64,000 nt of DNA from the human T2T-CHM13v2.0 reference genome, Homo sapiens (GCF_009914755.1 NC_060935.1); one strand, 5' to 3'; positions 40,948 to 57,555 are shown, counted from the stretch's first letter. Notes: generated from the letters alone by a model not told the origin. Numbers and translations: made by a program.

Positions 40948-41169
40948 TTAGCCTGTACTCTTAACCATTGCACTATGTAAGACCCACTTAGGTTTTAGGG
41001 CCTAACTGCCCTTTGTAGAGCTCTAGAGTTTTAAGGTAGCACCTCAGGCCTTCTTTCCTCGACTTCTCGTCTGGGTGAGAGCTGTTGAAGAGAAAGTTGG
41101 CTAAAAAAGGCTTTGTTTTTATAAATATTAAATATTGAGATTCCTTACAAGATTTTCATTTGTTATCTC

Positions 41170-41491
<322 letters not shown>

Positions 41492-42659
41492 TAAAACATT
41501 TTTTTCAGGCCGGGAGCAGTGGCTCACAACATCCTTATTTTACAGGTGAGAAAACTGAGGCCTAGAAAAATTGTGCCCAGATAGGTATAATCCTTTGCCG
41601 AAGTCAGACCAAGTTCTTTTCTCTATCATGATGTGTCTCTGTAGTAAACTTTTGCCCCCCTAAAACAACATAAAAACCTTCATTCTGGCTTTAAACACCC
41701 CCCAGAAATAAATTTAAAATTCTGCCTCTTTTTCAAAGGTTGAGTGAGGTATATCACCATTGGGAGGGTGTGATGTTTTCTCTTGCCTTTAGTCACCATT
41801 AGGAGGGATTAAGGTTTATTCTCCAGTTTAGCTCTTGTGCCTGTTTAACCATTTCTGTTCAATTAAGAACAGGAATGGGTTGCAGGAGTTTGTAACAACA
41901 CCTGCTTCTTGGAGGAGAATTATAACTTGGCCCTGAGTTGTCCGTTTCAAAGGGCCCACCCTGTCCTCCTGTTTCCAAAGAAAAACTGGAAGTGGTAACA
42001 CCTGGTGGAGCTGCATGAGCACGTGAGTGGTGGTGCAAATTCTAGGCTGGAGTCACTTCTTTGATGGGCTGCCGGAGCCTTTGAGAGCTTATGGTGCCAA
42101 GATCCTGCTCTACATTCTAGTGTCCAAAACTGCCTTCCATTTCCTCAATAATGGGTAGGAAACTGTGTCCATGCCAGAGTAGCTAGCCCCGTTGCTACTA
42201 GAGAGGCTTTCTTTTCTCCTAGCACTGGTGCCTCCTTCCACAATGCATACGGCTGCCCACCCTCGCCATATGCAGCCTGTGTTTCATATCCTCACACTTT
42301 CTAAGACAGGACCTCCCCCAGAACAAAGCCTTGCCTTGGTCCTCCAATCCCTAATGGCCCCATCGTGATGAACAGACCCCCAAGGGTTCGACACAGTATA
42401 GGGGATTCTTATCAGACCAGGCCTGTGGTTTAAGCCACCAGTGGTGGTTCAGGATGGCCATGGTTAGCCTAAAAACCTGATCAGATTGCCATGGTATGTC
42501 CTACATGACCCTGGGTAGAATGTTGAGATCCTGGTTAGAAATGCCTGCATTTCTTTAAATCTTTACCTGCTGTATATAAACAGTTCCTGGAGAGTTGTTT
42601 TTGTTCATTTTAAACGTTGCCATAAAATTGTTACTGTGTCTGATTTAATACTTTGCCTA

Positions 42660-43052
<393 letters not shown>

Positions 43053-44457
43053 CTAAAGGGGCTTTCTGCCCCCATTGGAACACACTGAAGATGCTCTGGG
43101 GAGTAATGAGCTGGCAAAGGGTAGTGTTCATAATGGCCCAAATACTTTACCCCACAGGTGTCATTCGAGGCCATTGCCTCTTATTCCTTTTGTAAGGTCA
43201 TTTCCCATTCAGTCAACTAATTATCATTTCCCTCCATTTATAATATAAAACAACAGTGCTGCCAGAGGAGATAAAATTGAATAACACAGCCTTCTCTTCT
43301 TCTGGGGCTTTGCTTGACAGGAACATGGCCCTAGTAGGGTAGCAATCTTTCTGTGACATGTGATACCAACTGCTACATGGGGAGTGAAGTCGTCAGATGT
43401 CTTGCCTCCTTCCCTTCCCCCACACTGTCCCTCACTCCCTTCCCCCTCCTCACAGAGTAGCACTGAGAAGTATTTACTCAGCTGTGGCCTGGTAACAAAG
43501 CCTTGGTGCCCCAGGGATTGGAAGGGGTGGTGTGGTCATGCCCCGAACTATCCATGTCCTTCCGAGCATCTCTTGGCAGAGCAGCCTGGCTGAGGATGAG
43601 TGTCATTTAGAGTGAGCCTTCACAACCCCTGCATAAAAGAACATAAAAACAATTGCAGCTGAAAATTGGAGAGTCCACACATGGGCTGTGGTATTCTCTG
43701 GCCTCTGTGGTAGTACTATTGAGATCATGCAGCCAACAAACTAGAGGCTGTTCAGTCCTCTGGGACTCCCATGGCTTGTAGCATTTCATTATCTTTAGCT
43801 CTTGTCCAGCACTAGCTCACTCAACCAACATATAGGCACTCACACAAATGAATTTAGACTGAGCCCCATTTCATCCCCCATAAATTTAGAGCTAAAAGTC
43901 TTTGACTTCAGGCTTTAGGGAAGGTTTTCTCTGAAGGAATGAATATATGGCCCCACTTCCTTCCATCTGGCACTCCTCCATGGGTATTCTTTAGTGACAC
44001 CACTGTGATCCTGGCAAAGGTACCATTTCCCAGGAAGAGGAGAGGTATCCGATCTACAGCTATATTCCACCACAGTTCTGAGCAAATGTGGACACGCATG
44101 GTGGTCTGCAAGGAGGATGTAGAAATGACTAAGCTGCTCCCACAGAGCTTCAGAAGCAGGACTTGCCACAGCAAGAAGGCAGACCAGATGTCAAAAAGAC
44201 ATCCTTTTCCTACAAATGAGAATGAGTTAGCCCTTGAATATATTGGGAATCAATAATTTCTGACTAATTTTCTTAGCTAAAGTAAATTCATCTAACACTC
44301 TCTAGGATTAGAGTGGATATAACCAACAGAAGAATATTTTGAGTCAGGGCAGTGCTTATCTTGAAAGCAGTAGTATTCATGCTAGAGTTGTAACAGCAAT
44401 AAAGTGAATTTCTGTGAAGTGAACCCTAGGCTTCCTTTGGTTTTCATGGAAAAATCA

Positions 44458-44776
<319 letters not shown>

Positions 44777-46956
44777 TTATGAAAAGAAATATTCAAGCTG
44801 ATTGAACTGAGCACTTGGTGCAAAGGCCAACAAGCCCATGAAGTGTAGTACACTGGTCATGGTTTATCATGTTTACTGACAGTTATAGTACCTAGCACGT
44901 AGGGGATTTTCCTTTTTTCACACTTTACAACTCCTGGTTTCTCCTCATACCCCTGTAATTTTGCAGAAATGCCTCCTGTGCCTGGAGACCCCCTATCTTT
45001 GTGTTCACACAGTAACCAGAACTTTTTCCCTATGAATTTTTATTTGGGTCACTGTGTGAGGCATGTTTTTATTTATTCATTCCTTCAACAGGTGTTTACT
45101 GCAATGCACCAGGCATTGTGCTGATTGCTTTAGCTAAGTTCAAAGATTCCTTAATTTCAGGACTTCAAGTTTTAATCAGTTAATAATTATAAAATAATGC
45201 TACCACTTATTGAGCACTTTGCTAACTTTTTTCAGAAAAGTGTATATGTTACCTCTTTTGATCTTTTACAACAATTCCATTAGGTAGGTACTGTAGTTCT
45301 TACACTTTTAAGACAAGGAAACCAAGGTTCAGGGAAGTTGTACAGCTTGTCTAAGTCATGCTGGTGGCAAGTAGTGGAGCCAGGTTTTTGAAGCCAGGTC
45401 ATCTGATTGCAAAGTCAGAGTTCTGCACTAATACAACTGCCCTGCCCAACTACCCTGTGCTGTTTAAAGTGGCCTGCCTGAAGGGTACCTGTATGTTTAA
45501 CTTAGATAGAAAATCTGTCAGTCACCTGGTGTGAATAATCCTAACATCAGAAGTCCTTCACAAACCAGCTGGATCCCACCTGCTAGGGTGGAACTTGCAG
45601 GACCTTCAGAGCCTGTGCTAGGCCTAGGTCTGAATCTCAGCCCTCTTCCTAGCTGTTTCCTTGAGAAAATGATTACACCTCACTGAGCCCTAGTTTCTTT
45701 ATTTCTAAAATAATAATAGCAAGTACTAACAGATGGCCCTTACGATGGGTCAGACACTGTTCTAAGCACTTTACATTAACTCATAACAACTCTGCAATGT
45801 TCATACTGTCATTTCATAGATGGGGAAACTGAGGCATGGAGAGCTTAAAAGTCAAGTAACTTGAAGTCAGTGGCAAAGCTAGGATTTGGACCCGAACAAT
45901 CTAACTCCAAAGTCCATGCTATTAACCACAATGCTATGCTGTGCTGCCTCTGGAGAAGATAGGATCAAGGGTGTAAAACACCTCTGGTCTGGAGCCAGCC
46001 ACATAATTGGTGAGACTAGTGCAAGGCTTAGAAGAAGAAAGTTTAGCAGTCTGACCACCCACAAAAGGAGACACACAAATTTGTGGAGAGTGTTCTGATT
46101 TTGATCTTACACCAAAGCCTTATTATGTCTTTGCCTTTGAACTTGCAGGACCTACTGGCTGACACTCTTCTAATTGTGGGGGGATCTAGAGAAGGTGTCT
46201 ACTGATACACAATACTTACCTCCCCTGCACCTGCCAGGTAGAAGAGTGGCTGGCAGGTGGGTGGGGATGAGAGACCACGGTGTGGCCACCAGCACAGTGG
46301 TCCCCCAGCCCATGCCCTCTGGCCTGAGGCTGCTGTGCTGGAGCCTCAGTCTTCCCTGTTGACAGTAATTAGAACTTTTCAGACTCGGTTTCTTACATGG
46401 AAAATCTCAATTCACTTGAATTGTCTCCTTGATCCAGTTCATCTGGAGCTATTTAGTTCCTGCAGTTAGTTTGGAGGGGAAAACAAGCTCTTAAGCCTCA
46501 CACATTATAGCTGATAAGATCAAGGTGCTGACAGTGTTAGCTGGGTAGGCTTTGGAGCCAGACTGCCTGGGTTTGAATTCCAGTTCTACCTCTTAAGTGT
46601 GCACAATCTGAGTTTTTGTGTCTGTGAAATGAGGATAATAGTCGTGAAGATTAGTGAGGTGACATATGTAAACCCCTTAGAACAGTGCCTCCCCAAGACC
46701 AAGTGCTCAATAAATGTTAGCTGTGTTATTGTTAAGCCCCTCCTGCCATCAGCCTCCCTTCTCTCCCTCCCACCCTGAGATCTTGCTCAGGGAAGACAGG
46801 TCCCCTTCCTCTCCCCTACCCTGGACCCTCCTCTCTTTCCTTGCTCACCAGCTTATTTCATCCCTCTAAACTTTCTCATCCTCATCTGTGAAATGGGACT
46901 GGAAATAATGGAGTCTACTTCATAAGGTAGTATGCTGTGAAGGCTAAGTGAGTTAA

Positions 46957-47259
<303 letters not shown>

Positions 47260-47622
47260 TAAGTGAGTTAATTCAAGAGCTGAGCACAGATCTCCATGGC
47301 TACTCACTCTCTTTACAGTTATTGCTGGAGCACAAAGGGCTGTGAGAAGGGCCTTTGAGATCTTGGACAGTTCTAAGAGCCAAAGGGCCCAAAATAGACA
47401 GGAGCATTAGGGTGAACTGGTGCCCAAATGCAGGCTGCAGAAGCTAGGGGGACTGCTACCTTGTTCATCATAATGGGGAGCCTGGAACAGAGCAGGCACA
47501 TGGGAATAGGAAGTGAGTGGCCACTGCAGGAGAGTGTTCAAAACGGATTTGGCTCAGGCAACCCAACAGAGAACTTTCAAGGCAGAAAACTTTTAGGTGT
47601 TTAAGTGTCCAAACTCAGCAAC

Positions 47623-47917
<295 letters not shown>

Positions 47918-48746
47918 AACTCAGCAACAAATACCTTCCTCCTCTCTTCTTCTCACCTCCAGAATTTGAAAACAGAACCAAAACAAACTCCCATTGTTTG
48001 ATGTTACTAAGTTCTAGACATTCTGCTAAGCACTTTATAGACATCATCTCTCTTACACTTGACTTTAACCCTGAGAAGTGTCAGTGTCACTTGCATTTTA
48101 CAGATGAGAAACTGAGACTTAGAGAGATTAAGCAATTTGCCCAAGATTACATACCTGGTGAATCGCAGAGCCAAAATTTGAATCCTAGCCTATGGAGCAG
48201 AAAGGGAACAAGCTCCCATATGCCTATCAGTGTTCTGATTTTGAAATAAGTCTTACCACTTATAGTTCTCTCAATACCCACTGTACAACAGCTGAGGAGT
48301 GTCTCGAAGTAGCAGAAATCATCTGCCCTTGACATTATCTGGTCACTACTTCAGTAGAATTAGAACTCCTCTCTCCACATCCCAACACAGAGTCTGCATG
48401 GAAGAATAATAATAACAACTAATAGAACTACTCTCTCCACAATTAAAAGTTGTTTATTTGCTTGCATTTTCATTAATCTCTTTATCTGACTACTGTCCTC
48501 ACTTAACATTTAGAAGAGTCAAGTTCCAGAAGTGGTGAGCAGGATGTATTCTGTTTTTCATATTTTTAAGAGCTTTTGTTGTGTTAGAGAAGCACGCAGT
48601 GATTTTTGTAAATCATTCTTCTGTCCTTGGAAGCAAGTACTTGAAGTACATGAGTTAGAATAATATCAAAAACCTGAAGAGGGCCTAGGGTCTAGAAACC
48701 AGGAAGCTAATGTTGACTCCTAGCATTGTCTTTCTTAATTAAGTAA

Positions 48747-48777
<31 letters not shown>

Positions 48778-50416
48778 ATTTTCCTTCATTCTGTTATCTT
48801 CCCAAGGATATTTTGTAGGTAATTTGGGGGATAAATGTAAGTTCCTATGAAACACTCTGACTCTCCCTAAGAATGCTATCAGATATATCCACCAAAGATT
48901 AGCCTAGAAAAGCACGATGATTCAAAGATAGAACTTTCCTTTATTTACTCCCTGCCCTGCCAGAAATCACTCTTCTCTTTTCTCTACATGGGGAGTTCTG
49001 GAGTGAGAATAAAGTGGGAACACATTAGACTCAGTGGATTTTCTCCCTTCCCTTCGCCTTTTTCCTCACCCCAAGCCTGAGACCACAAGTGGCAATGACT
49101 CCCTCCCTTGAAGAACAAGACCTCCTGCCAGGCTGTGCCCGAGGTCAGGCAAGTGGGAAGAGGAGAGTGCCACAAAACCATCTTGATCCTTTGACCTATA
49201 TTGACGCTGAGTCTGTTCCTTTGGTGTTTCTGACTTTGGCAGTGTGGTTAGTCAAACTCTCTGTCCCCACCTTGAATTAAGCTTTGATGAAAAAGTACTA
49301 GGAACCCAGGCCTTTCCCTGGAGATTTGGGGTTTTTGTCTTGGAAAAGCATCAACCAAACTAACGGGGGCAGGAGATCTGGATTCCTGTGGCTTGGGCTA
49401 ACTTAGGTCCAAAGAAACCAAGTGCCTGTGATCATCATCTTCATTCCCCAAATGTAGCCATGCCCTCTGGATTCCCTCCTCTCACTCATCCTCCTCCCAA
49501 TTAGGCAGGCTTCCGGGTGGATTGCTCTCACTTTAGCATTACCAGGCCCTTCCATATTCGAAATGCTTTGATATATGATAATACTTACACATTCTTACTC
49601 CTTGGCTGATCTGAAATCTTTTGCCTTCAGTACATGCAGCAACAAAATAACTTAAGCATCAGTGTATTTCTTCTCCCTCAGGATCCTATAAATTTCTCTG
49701 AGATTCACCTCTCTGGGTTCTCTGCTGGACCACAGAGCCTCATCCTGGCTCACCTCTCCCAAAGCACAAAGCATTGCTTCTGTATATCAGGAATCATTTG
49801 GTTGCCTTGACTGTATATCTTGGACCTTTGTCTTGGCTTCCTATAATAGGATGACCAGATTTGTGTTCAGCCATTCAAAAGAAGCCAGCCTGCTGCAGTA
49901 CTGGATGACAGAGTAATGAGGTCTGTGGGTTTCTATGCTGTACTCTTCTCCCTACACAGCAAGACTGTTTGCGTTAGTACTGCTTCCAGATATTCTGTGG
50001 ATGGTCTTTGGGCATGTGGTGGGAAACGTTACCATGCCAGAGAATTTCAGCAAATTTAACCGGCTTTGAAATGACTTGTTCTTCCAGATTTTTATATACA
50101 AGGAAAACCAAACTAAAGAAGACTGATGAAGGTGCCTCTCTTGTTTGCTCTCTTCACCCGACCAATTTTCATACCAGTGAAGCTCCTTTGGTCAAAATGG
50201 TGTAACTGGATGCCTCCCACCCTGGAAAAGCTTTGTAGAAATACTGATCTTAAAATCTCACACCTGGAGGTTAAAGACTAGCATACCCTTCACACTGACT
50301 TGCTTTTAAAAGAACAGCTCTACCAAGACCAGGTCTGAAACTCATGAAATGAACAAAAAGAGGGCAGTGACTTGAAATGCAGAGACCTAATGTGTTCCTC
50401 TCCATTTCCACTTCAG

Positions 50417-50501
50417 ATTTGCTGACCATGAAAGAATATCACTGTTTGCTGCAATTACTGTGTCCTGATTTCCCGCTGGAGCTCACTCAGAAAGCAGCCA
50501 G
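50417..50501 (+). CDS. CSTPP1: Internal coding exon of CSTPP1/C11orf49 (centriolar satellite-associated tubulin polyglutamylase complex regulator 1); 85 nt, phase 1 in, phase 2 out
   Basis: Branch-like CCTAAT at 50386, pyrimidine tract and CTTCAG|AT acceptor; donor CAG|GTACGT. The translation (D)LLTMKEYHCLLQLLCPDFPLELTQKAA(R) matches my recollection of C11orf49 (...KNGDLLTMKEY...KAARIVLMDD). Neighbouring exons are not in the window. Confidence 0.93.
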
Positions 50502-50827
50502 GTACGTCTCCTGGACTCTTGAAACCAACTCAGCTCTCTGTGGGCCACTGCTTCCTAGAGAAACCTGGAGTGTATACAAATGAAAAAAAGGAGCATTTAG
50601 GGAAGAAACTGGCAGTGGGAGAGGGGTCTATTTGGGATGTGCCCCAAAACATAATACATTCTGCATTTCCAAAGGGAAGCGAAATGATCCTTTGTGGTTT
50701 CTGTGGGGAGCCTCAGGGTCTGAAGATAGAGTTGGAGGGTGGTGAGATGAAGAGGCAGAAAAAGCCCAGACCCCTCCAATACCCCCACACACACACACCC
50801 TAGAGGATATTCTGAGAAAAGAGGGGC

Positions 50828-51189
50828 TGCATTTGTGTGTTTTCACGCTACTGTAAAGATACTACCCAAGACTGGGTAATTTATGAAGAAAAGAGGATTA
50901 ATTGACTCACAGTTCCGCGTGGCCTCAGGAAACTTACAATCGTGGTGGAAGGCAAAGGGGAAGCAAGGACCTTTTTCACATGGTGGTAGGAGAGAGAAGT
51001 ACAGACAGGGGAAATGTCAGACGCTTATAAAACCATCAAATGTCTTCAGAACTCACTCACTATCACAAGAACAGCATGGGGGAAACTGCCCATGTGATCC
51101 AATCACCTTCCACCAGGTCTCCCTCTCAACACCTGGGGATTACAATTCGGGTTGAGATTTAGGTGGGAACACAAAGCCTAACCATATCA
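50828..51189 (-). mobile_element. THE1D-like MaLR solo LTR
   Basis: TG...CA ends; aaagatactacc.agactgggtaatttat...ggcctcaggaaacttacaatc...aaccatatca; flanked by a GGGGC duplication. Confidence 0.88.
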
Positions 51190-51467
51190 GGGGGCAAGGG
51201 TTGGCAGTGACTTGTGATGAAGAGAGTTGAGGTTGGGGACTGGAAGGGCATAAAGGTGATAAAGCCCCAGTTGAAGGAAAGGCACATTATATTATTTATG
51301 CCAGAAGAAGGTTTTCAAGATCAGTCCAGAACCAGGACTTGGCAGAAATAGTTAGAAGCCCCTAATTTCTGTGTTGGGTTTCACCATCATTCACAATTTT
51401 TAACCACATGAGGTAATTGGACTATGCCTCAGTTAACTTTTACTTACTTAACTCAAAACCTGAGCTA

Positions 51468-51750
51468 GGCCAGACACGGTGGCTCACGCCTGTAATCCCA
51501 GCAGTTTGGGAGGCCAAGGCAGGCAGATCACCTGAAGCCAGGTATTCAAGACCAGCCTGGCCTACATGGCGAAACTCCATCTCTACTAAAAATACAAAAA
51601 ATTAACCAGGCACGGTTGCGCTTGCCTGTAGTCCCAGCTATTCGGGAGGTGGAGGCAAGAGAATTCGCTTGAACCTGGGAGGCGGAGGTTGCAGTGAGCA
51701 GAGATCGTGCCATTGCACTCCAGCCTGGGCGACAGAGCAAGACTCCGTCT

Positions 51751-51786
<36 letters not shown>
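51468..51786 (+). mobile_element. AluS with a long A tail
   Basis: TSD AAAACCTGAGCTA. Confidence 0.92.
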
Positions 51787-51791
<5 letters not shown>

Positions 51792-52077
51792 GCTAGGGTT
51801 GCAAATGGACGTACAGCAAAAATCATGTTTATCGAAGAATGCCTACCTTCCCTATATCATACTGAATGCATTTACCTTCATTGTTCTATTTAAATTTGTT
51901 TACCTTAACTATCTCACCTAATCCTTGTAAAAACTGTTACTTCCCTTTAAAATGATCCTTTGTGGTTTCTGTGGGGAGCCTCCGGCTCTGAAGACAGAGT
52001 TGGAGGGTGGTGAGAGTATTAGGCAAACAACAAAACACACACACAAATACATACCCACACTCCCACACACACCCCTA

Positions 52078-52459
<382 letters not shown>

Positions 52460-53187
52460 GGGAGCATGAAAGTGATGAACCCCAGTTGAGGGAAGGGTAC
52501 TGTTACTGCTCACTTCACTGAAGTGGGAACTGAGGCTCAGACGGGTGACAATGTTGTGCGAATATACTGATAGCTTGTAAGTAGCAGTGGCAGAACTGGA
52601 ACCGCAGTCAGCCTGAATCCAGAGATGGGGGATCGGGAGCACAAGGAGTCTCTTCATGCTCCCACCTCCCTGTGTCATGGCATCATTTCTGCTTTGTGGT
52701 TTGACCCACTGAAAACAAAGCTGCATTGGCTGCACTGCACCAAGAATCACCTCGCTCCTTTTGAAATGTGCCAACCAGCTCCTCTATTGACTTGGAAGAT
52801 GGGAACTCCATTGCTCCCAGTGACAGACACCAGCCTCACGGTGGGGCACGGTGTTTTGCAGCTAACAGCTCATGACCTACTTTTGCTGGTCATGTGCAAA
52901 ACCTGTTTAGTGATCACACATGCAAAATTTTGTAGGTTTTTTTCTCCCTCATTATTCAGTGGATAATTTTCTTTCCTGATGGCAACTGGCCACTGGTAAA
53001 AGCCGCAGTTCAGGTTTTATAATTTTAATTTATCTGCTATCCAAAGGAGATTTGGATATTTTTTTTCTTCACTGAAAAAAAAAAAGTATGGGAGATTATC
53101 TCTTGTAATTTAAAAGCAGCCAAATGGAGTTAGCTTTAAATTTCCATGATCGTTCCCCTTTGGGCAGAAATCATTTTATTAAAAACA

Positions 53188-53511
53188 TTTTTGTTTGTTT
53201 GTTTGTTTTCTTTGAGACAGAATCTCACTCTGTAGCCCAGGCTGGAGGGCAGTGGTGCAATCTTGGCTGACTGCAGCCTTCACCCCGCCTCTCCCTGGGT
53301 TCAAGTGATTCTCCTGCCTCAGCCTCCTGAGTAGCTGGGATTATAGGTGTGCACACCATGCCCGGCTAATTTTTTTTTTTTTTGTATTTTTGGTAGAGAC
53401 GGGGTTTCACCATGTTGCCCAGGCTGGTCTCAAATTCCTGACCTCAAAAGATCTGCCCACCTAGGCCTTCTAAAGTGCTGGGATTACAGGCATGAGCCAC
53501 CACAGCCAGCC
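53188..53511 (-). mobile_element. Alu (J/S)
   Basis: (TTTG)n tail plus body. Confidence 0.88.
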
Positions 53512-53590
53512 TGGGCCCAGATTGTTTTAAGGAATATTCAGCCCCAAAATCTGGGGAGATAAACTCAGCATCCTTAAAGACCGAACTTAA

Positions 53591-53798
53591 GGCCGGGCAC
53601 GGTGGCTCACGCCTGTAATCCCAGCACTTTGGGAGGCCAAGGCAGGCGGATCACGAGGTCAGGAGATGGAGACCATCCTGGCTATCATGGTGAAACCCCA
53701 TCTCTACTAAAAATACAAAAAAATTAGCCGGGCGTGTTGGCGGGTGCCTGTAGTACCAGCTACTCAGGAGGCTGAGGCAGGAGAATGGTGTGAACCTG
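53591..53798 (+). mobile_element. AluY-like, 3'-truncated
   Basis: Ends abruptly at gagaatggtgtgaacctg. Confidence 0.88.
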
Positions 53799-54124
53799 CA
53801 ACAACTATATCCTATATTCATTTGTTCATTTGTTTATTCATCAAATGTTTCTTTTTAACAGCTTTTTGGGATACAATTCACATACCATACACTTCACTCA
53901 TTTAAAGTATAAAATTCAATTGCTTTTAATATATTTCCAGAGTTGTGCATCCATTACCACAGTCCATTGTAGAATGTTTTCATTACCCTAAAAAGAAATC
54001 CTACACCCCTTAGCCATTACTCTTCAGTCCCCACTCCACCGTCTTCCCCAACCCTAGGCAACCCCTAATCTACTTTCTGGCTCTGTAGATTTATCCACTG
54101 GGCATTTCAAATAAGTAGAATTGA

Positions 54125-55043
<919 letters not shown>

Positions 55044-55056
55044 CTAGTTTCATGTT

Positions 55057-55135
55057 TTAGGTTGGTGTAAAAGTAATTGTGGTTTTGCCATTATTTTCAA
55101 TGGCAAAGACTGCAATTACTTTTGCACCAACCTAA
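55057..55135. mobile_element. MADE1 (Hsmar1-derived MITE), palindromic
   Basis: TTAGGTTGGTGTAAAAGTAATTG...CAATTACTTTTGCACCAACCTAA followed by TA; 79 bp. Confidence 0.95.
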
Positions 55136-56968
55136 TAGCACAATGTTTTCATGGTTCATCCATCTTGCTGTATGTATCAGTACTTCATTTCGCCAAATGT
55201 TTCTTGAGTGCATATTTTGTGCCGGGAGCTATTCTGCAAATGGGGATACAGTCATGAATAAGATATAGTTCCTGCCCCTCAAAGAACTTGATATAGAAGG
55301 GGACTGCTTAGGTACTGGTCATTGGCTGCCACCACTCTGTGACGTATGACCTTGGTTTTGATCAATCACTCCAGAATACTGACCTCTTTTCCCTTTCCCA
55401 TGATGTGAGGGAGCTTATGAGAGTGAGGCTTCAAAATGCATCTTAGCCCCCCGCAGCCACAGCTTTGCATTTGCCCCAGCTGTCTCCTCAGACCCTTCCA
55501 AACAATCTGATACATGAAAGCACCACAAGATTTGAGTGTAGGTGGTAGAATCCTGTAAGAACCAAAAATTCTCGATACCAAGGTAGAATTGTACAGTTAT
55601 TGATACCAAGGGGCTTCTGGAATGGTATTCCTCTATTTGCGGCTGGAAACTTACCCACTCCTCACCTAGAGGCCTGCTGTTTGACAGACACCTCAGACCT
55701 TTCTGTCTGAGCAGGAGGAAGCATCGTAGCCAGTCCATATCAATAGCAGTCTGAGGGAATTATGGGAATGGCAGTAACAACAGAAGGGCCAAGGGTAACC
55801 CACATGGCACTGGCTGCAGTTAGAGATGAATTCAGAATTAGGATAAGTTTGTTTTCTCCCCGAGTATGAGCATCAAGCTTCTGTGTCAACTTCTCCTCCC
55901 AATGCCATGCTTTCCCCACTGTACTGCAGCTGGTGCATATGTAGAAAAATTGTATGTATCCCAGAAAGCATCCCCTGATTTTGTAAACTATTCTCATTTT
56001 GTCCTGAAGATCAGGGTCCCAGCTTCCCCACACACATACCTATGCATCTGATCAGAACTGCAAATGGAGGTGGTAGAGACTTCAAGGCAGTTACTATTGC
56101 TAGAAGAGGAACTGCCCTCTCCCATTTCACTGCCAGGCTTACTTTATTCAGGACACTGAAGTCTGGGGACAGGCTGCAGAAGCAGGCTCCAGTCTGTGAT
56201 GATGTGTGCGTAAAAGAATGTAATCCACATGCAGCTGGAAGCCGGAGCCTGTTCAGGGGCATGGTGTCTCCACATGCGCCTGCCTTATGTGCTACAAGCA
56301 TCATGGCCAGGCCCTGGGGCAGCAGGTGTGAGCTGGAAAAACAGGAAAAGAAAAAGCAAACAGACTCCATGACAGCAGCCAAGCCAGAGATCCCCTCCAC
56401 CTCACATATTCCTGCAGCAACTGGAGTAGTTCTTTTATCCCCAGATGATCACCACAGCATCTCCCACTCCCCATCCTCCATGGACTGGAAGCTTTCTGGA
56501 TGGTTAAGAGCATGCAGTTGGAACCAGACTTCTTGAGTTCAAATCCTGGTTCCACAATATACTAGCTGTGCCCTTGAGAAAGGTATTTAATTTGAGCCTG
56601 TTTCCTCACTTGTAAAATGGGAATAATAATAGTTGTAATGATTGAAGGAGAAGTATATGATGTGCTTAAAATGGTGGCTGGCACAGAGTAAACTTGTCAT
56701 AATCGTTAGAAATGGTAATATTAACCTTGACCTAGAAGAACACAGGCCCCATGGCATTAGAAAGATCTACTGTACATCCCACCTGTGCCCCATTAACTGG
56801 ATGACCTTGAGGATATCTCTTAACTTCTCTGAGCCCTGTTTTTATATCTGTAAAATGGGGATGATAATAATAATAGTAACTAACTCATAGGGTGTTTGTA
56901 AGATTTCAGTAACACCAACAAAACCATGAACACTGCTTACCACATTGTAGACATTAAATCAGTAATAA

Positions 56969-57324
<356 letters not shown>

Positions 57325-57555
57325 TGAGATGTTCCTGGGTTTCCAAAGGCAATGCTTCCTGGCCTTTTTGCACTTCACAGCAATCAGAAAATAATATATA
57401 ACAAAAATCTCCAGTAAAGACAAGACTTCTTGTGATTGGCCTGCAGGCTCTGGCCTCCTCCCAGCTGGGCCAAGGGGACCATCACATCTGTAAGTCATTT
57501 GAGGCCGAAGTGACAAAGGGTTGGGAAGCTCTGCTCCAAGGGTGAAGATTTAAAG

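Noticed and set aside
50377-50583. 68-aa ORF as a standalone gene
   Set aside because: It is the CSTPP1 exon read through flanking intron; only 50417-50501 is coding
56042-56536. 164-aa + strand ORF (also the 164-aa ORF at 19984-20478)
   Set aside because: No homology recognised; the first runs into a MIR; no coding-like composition
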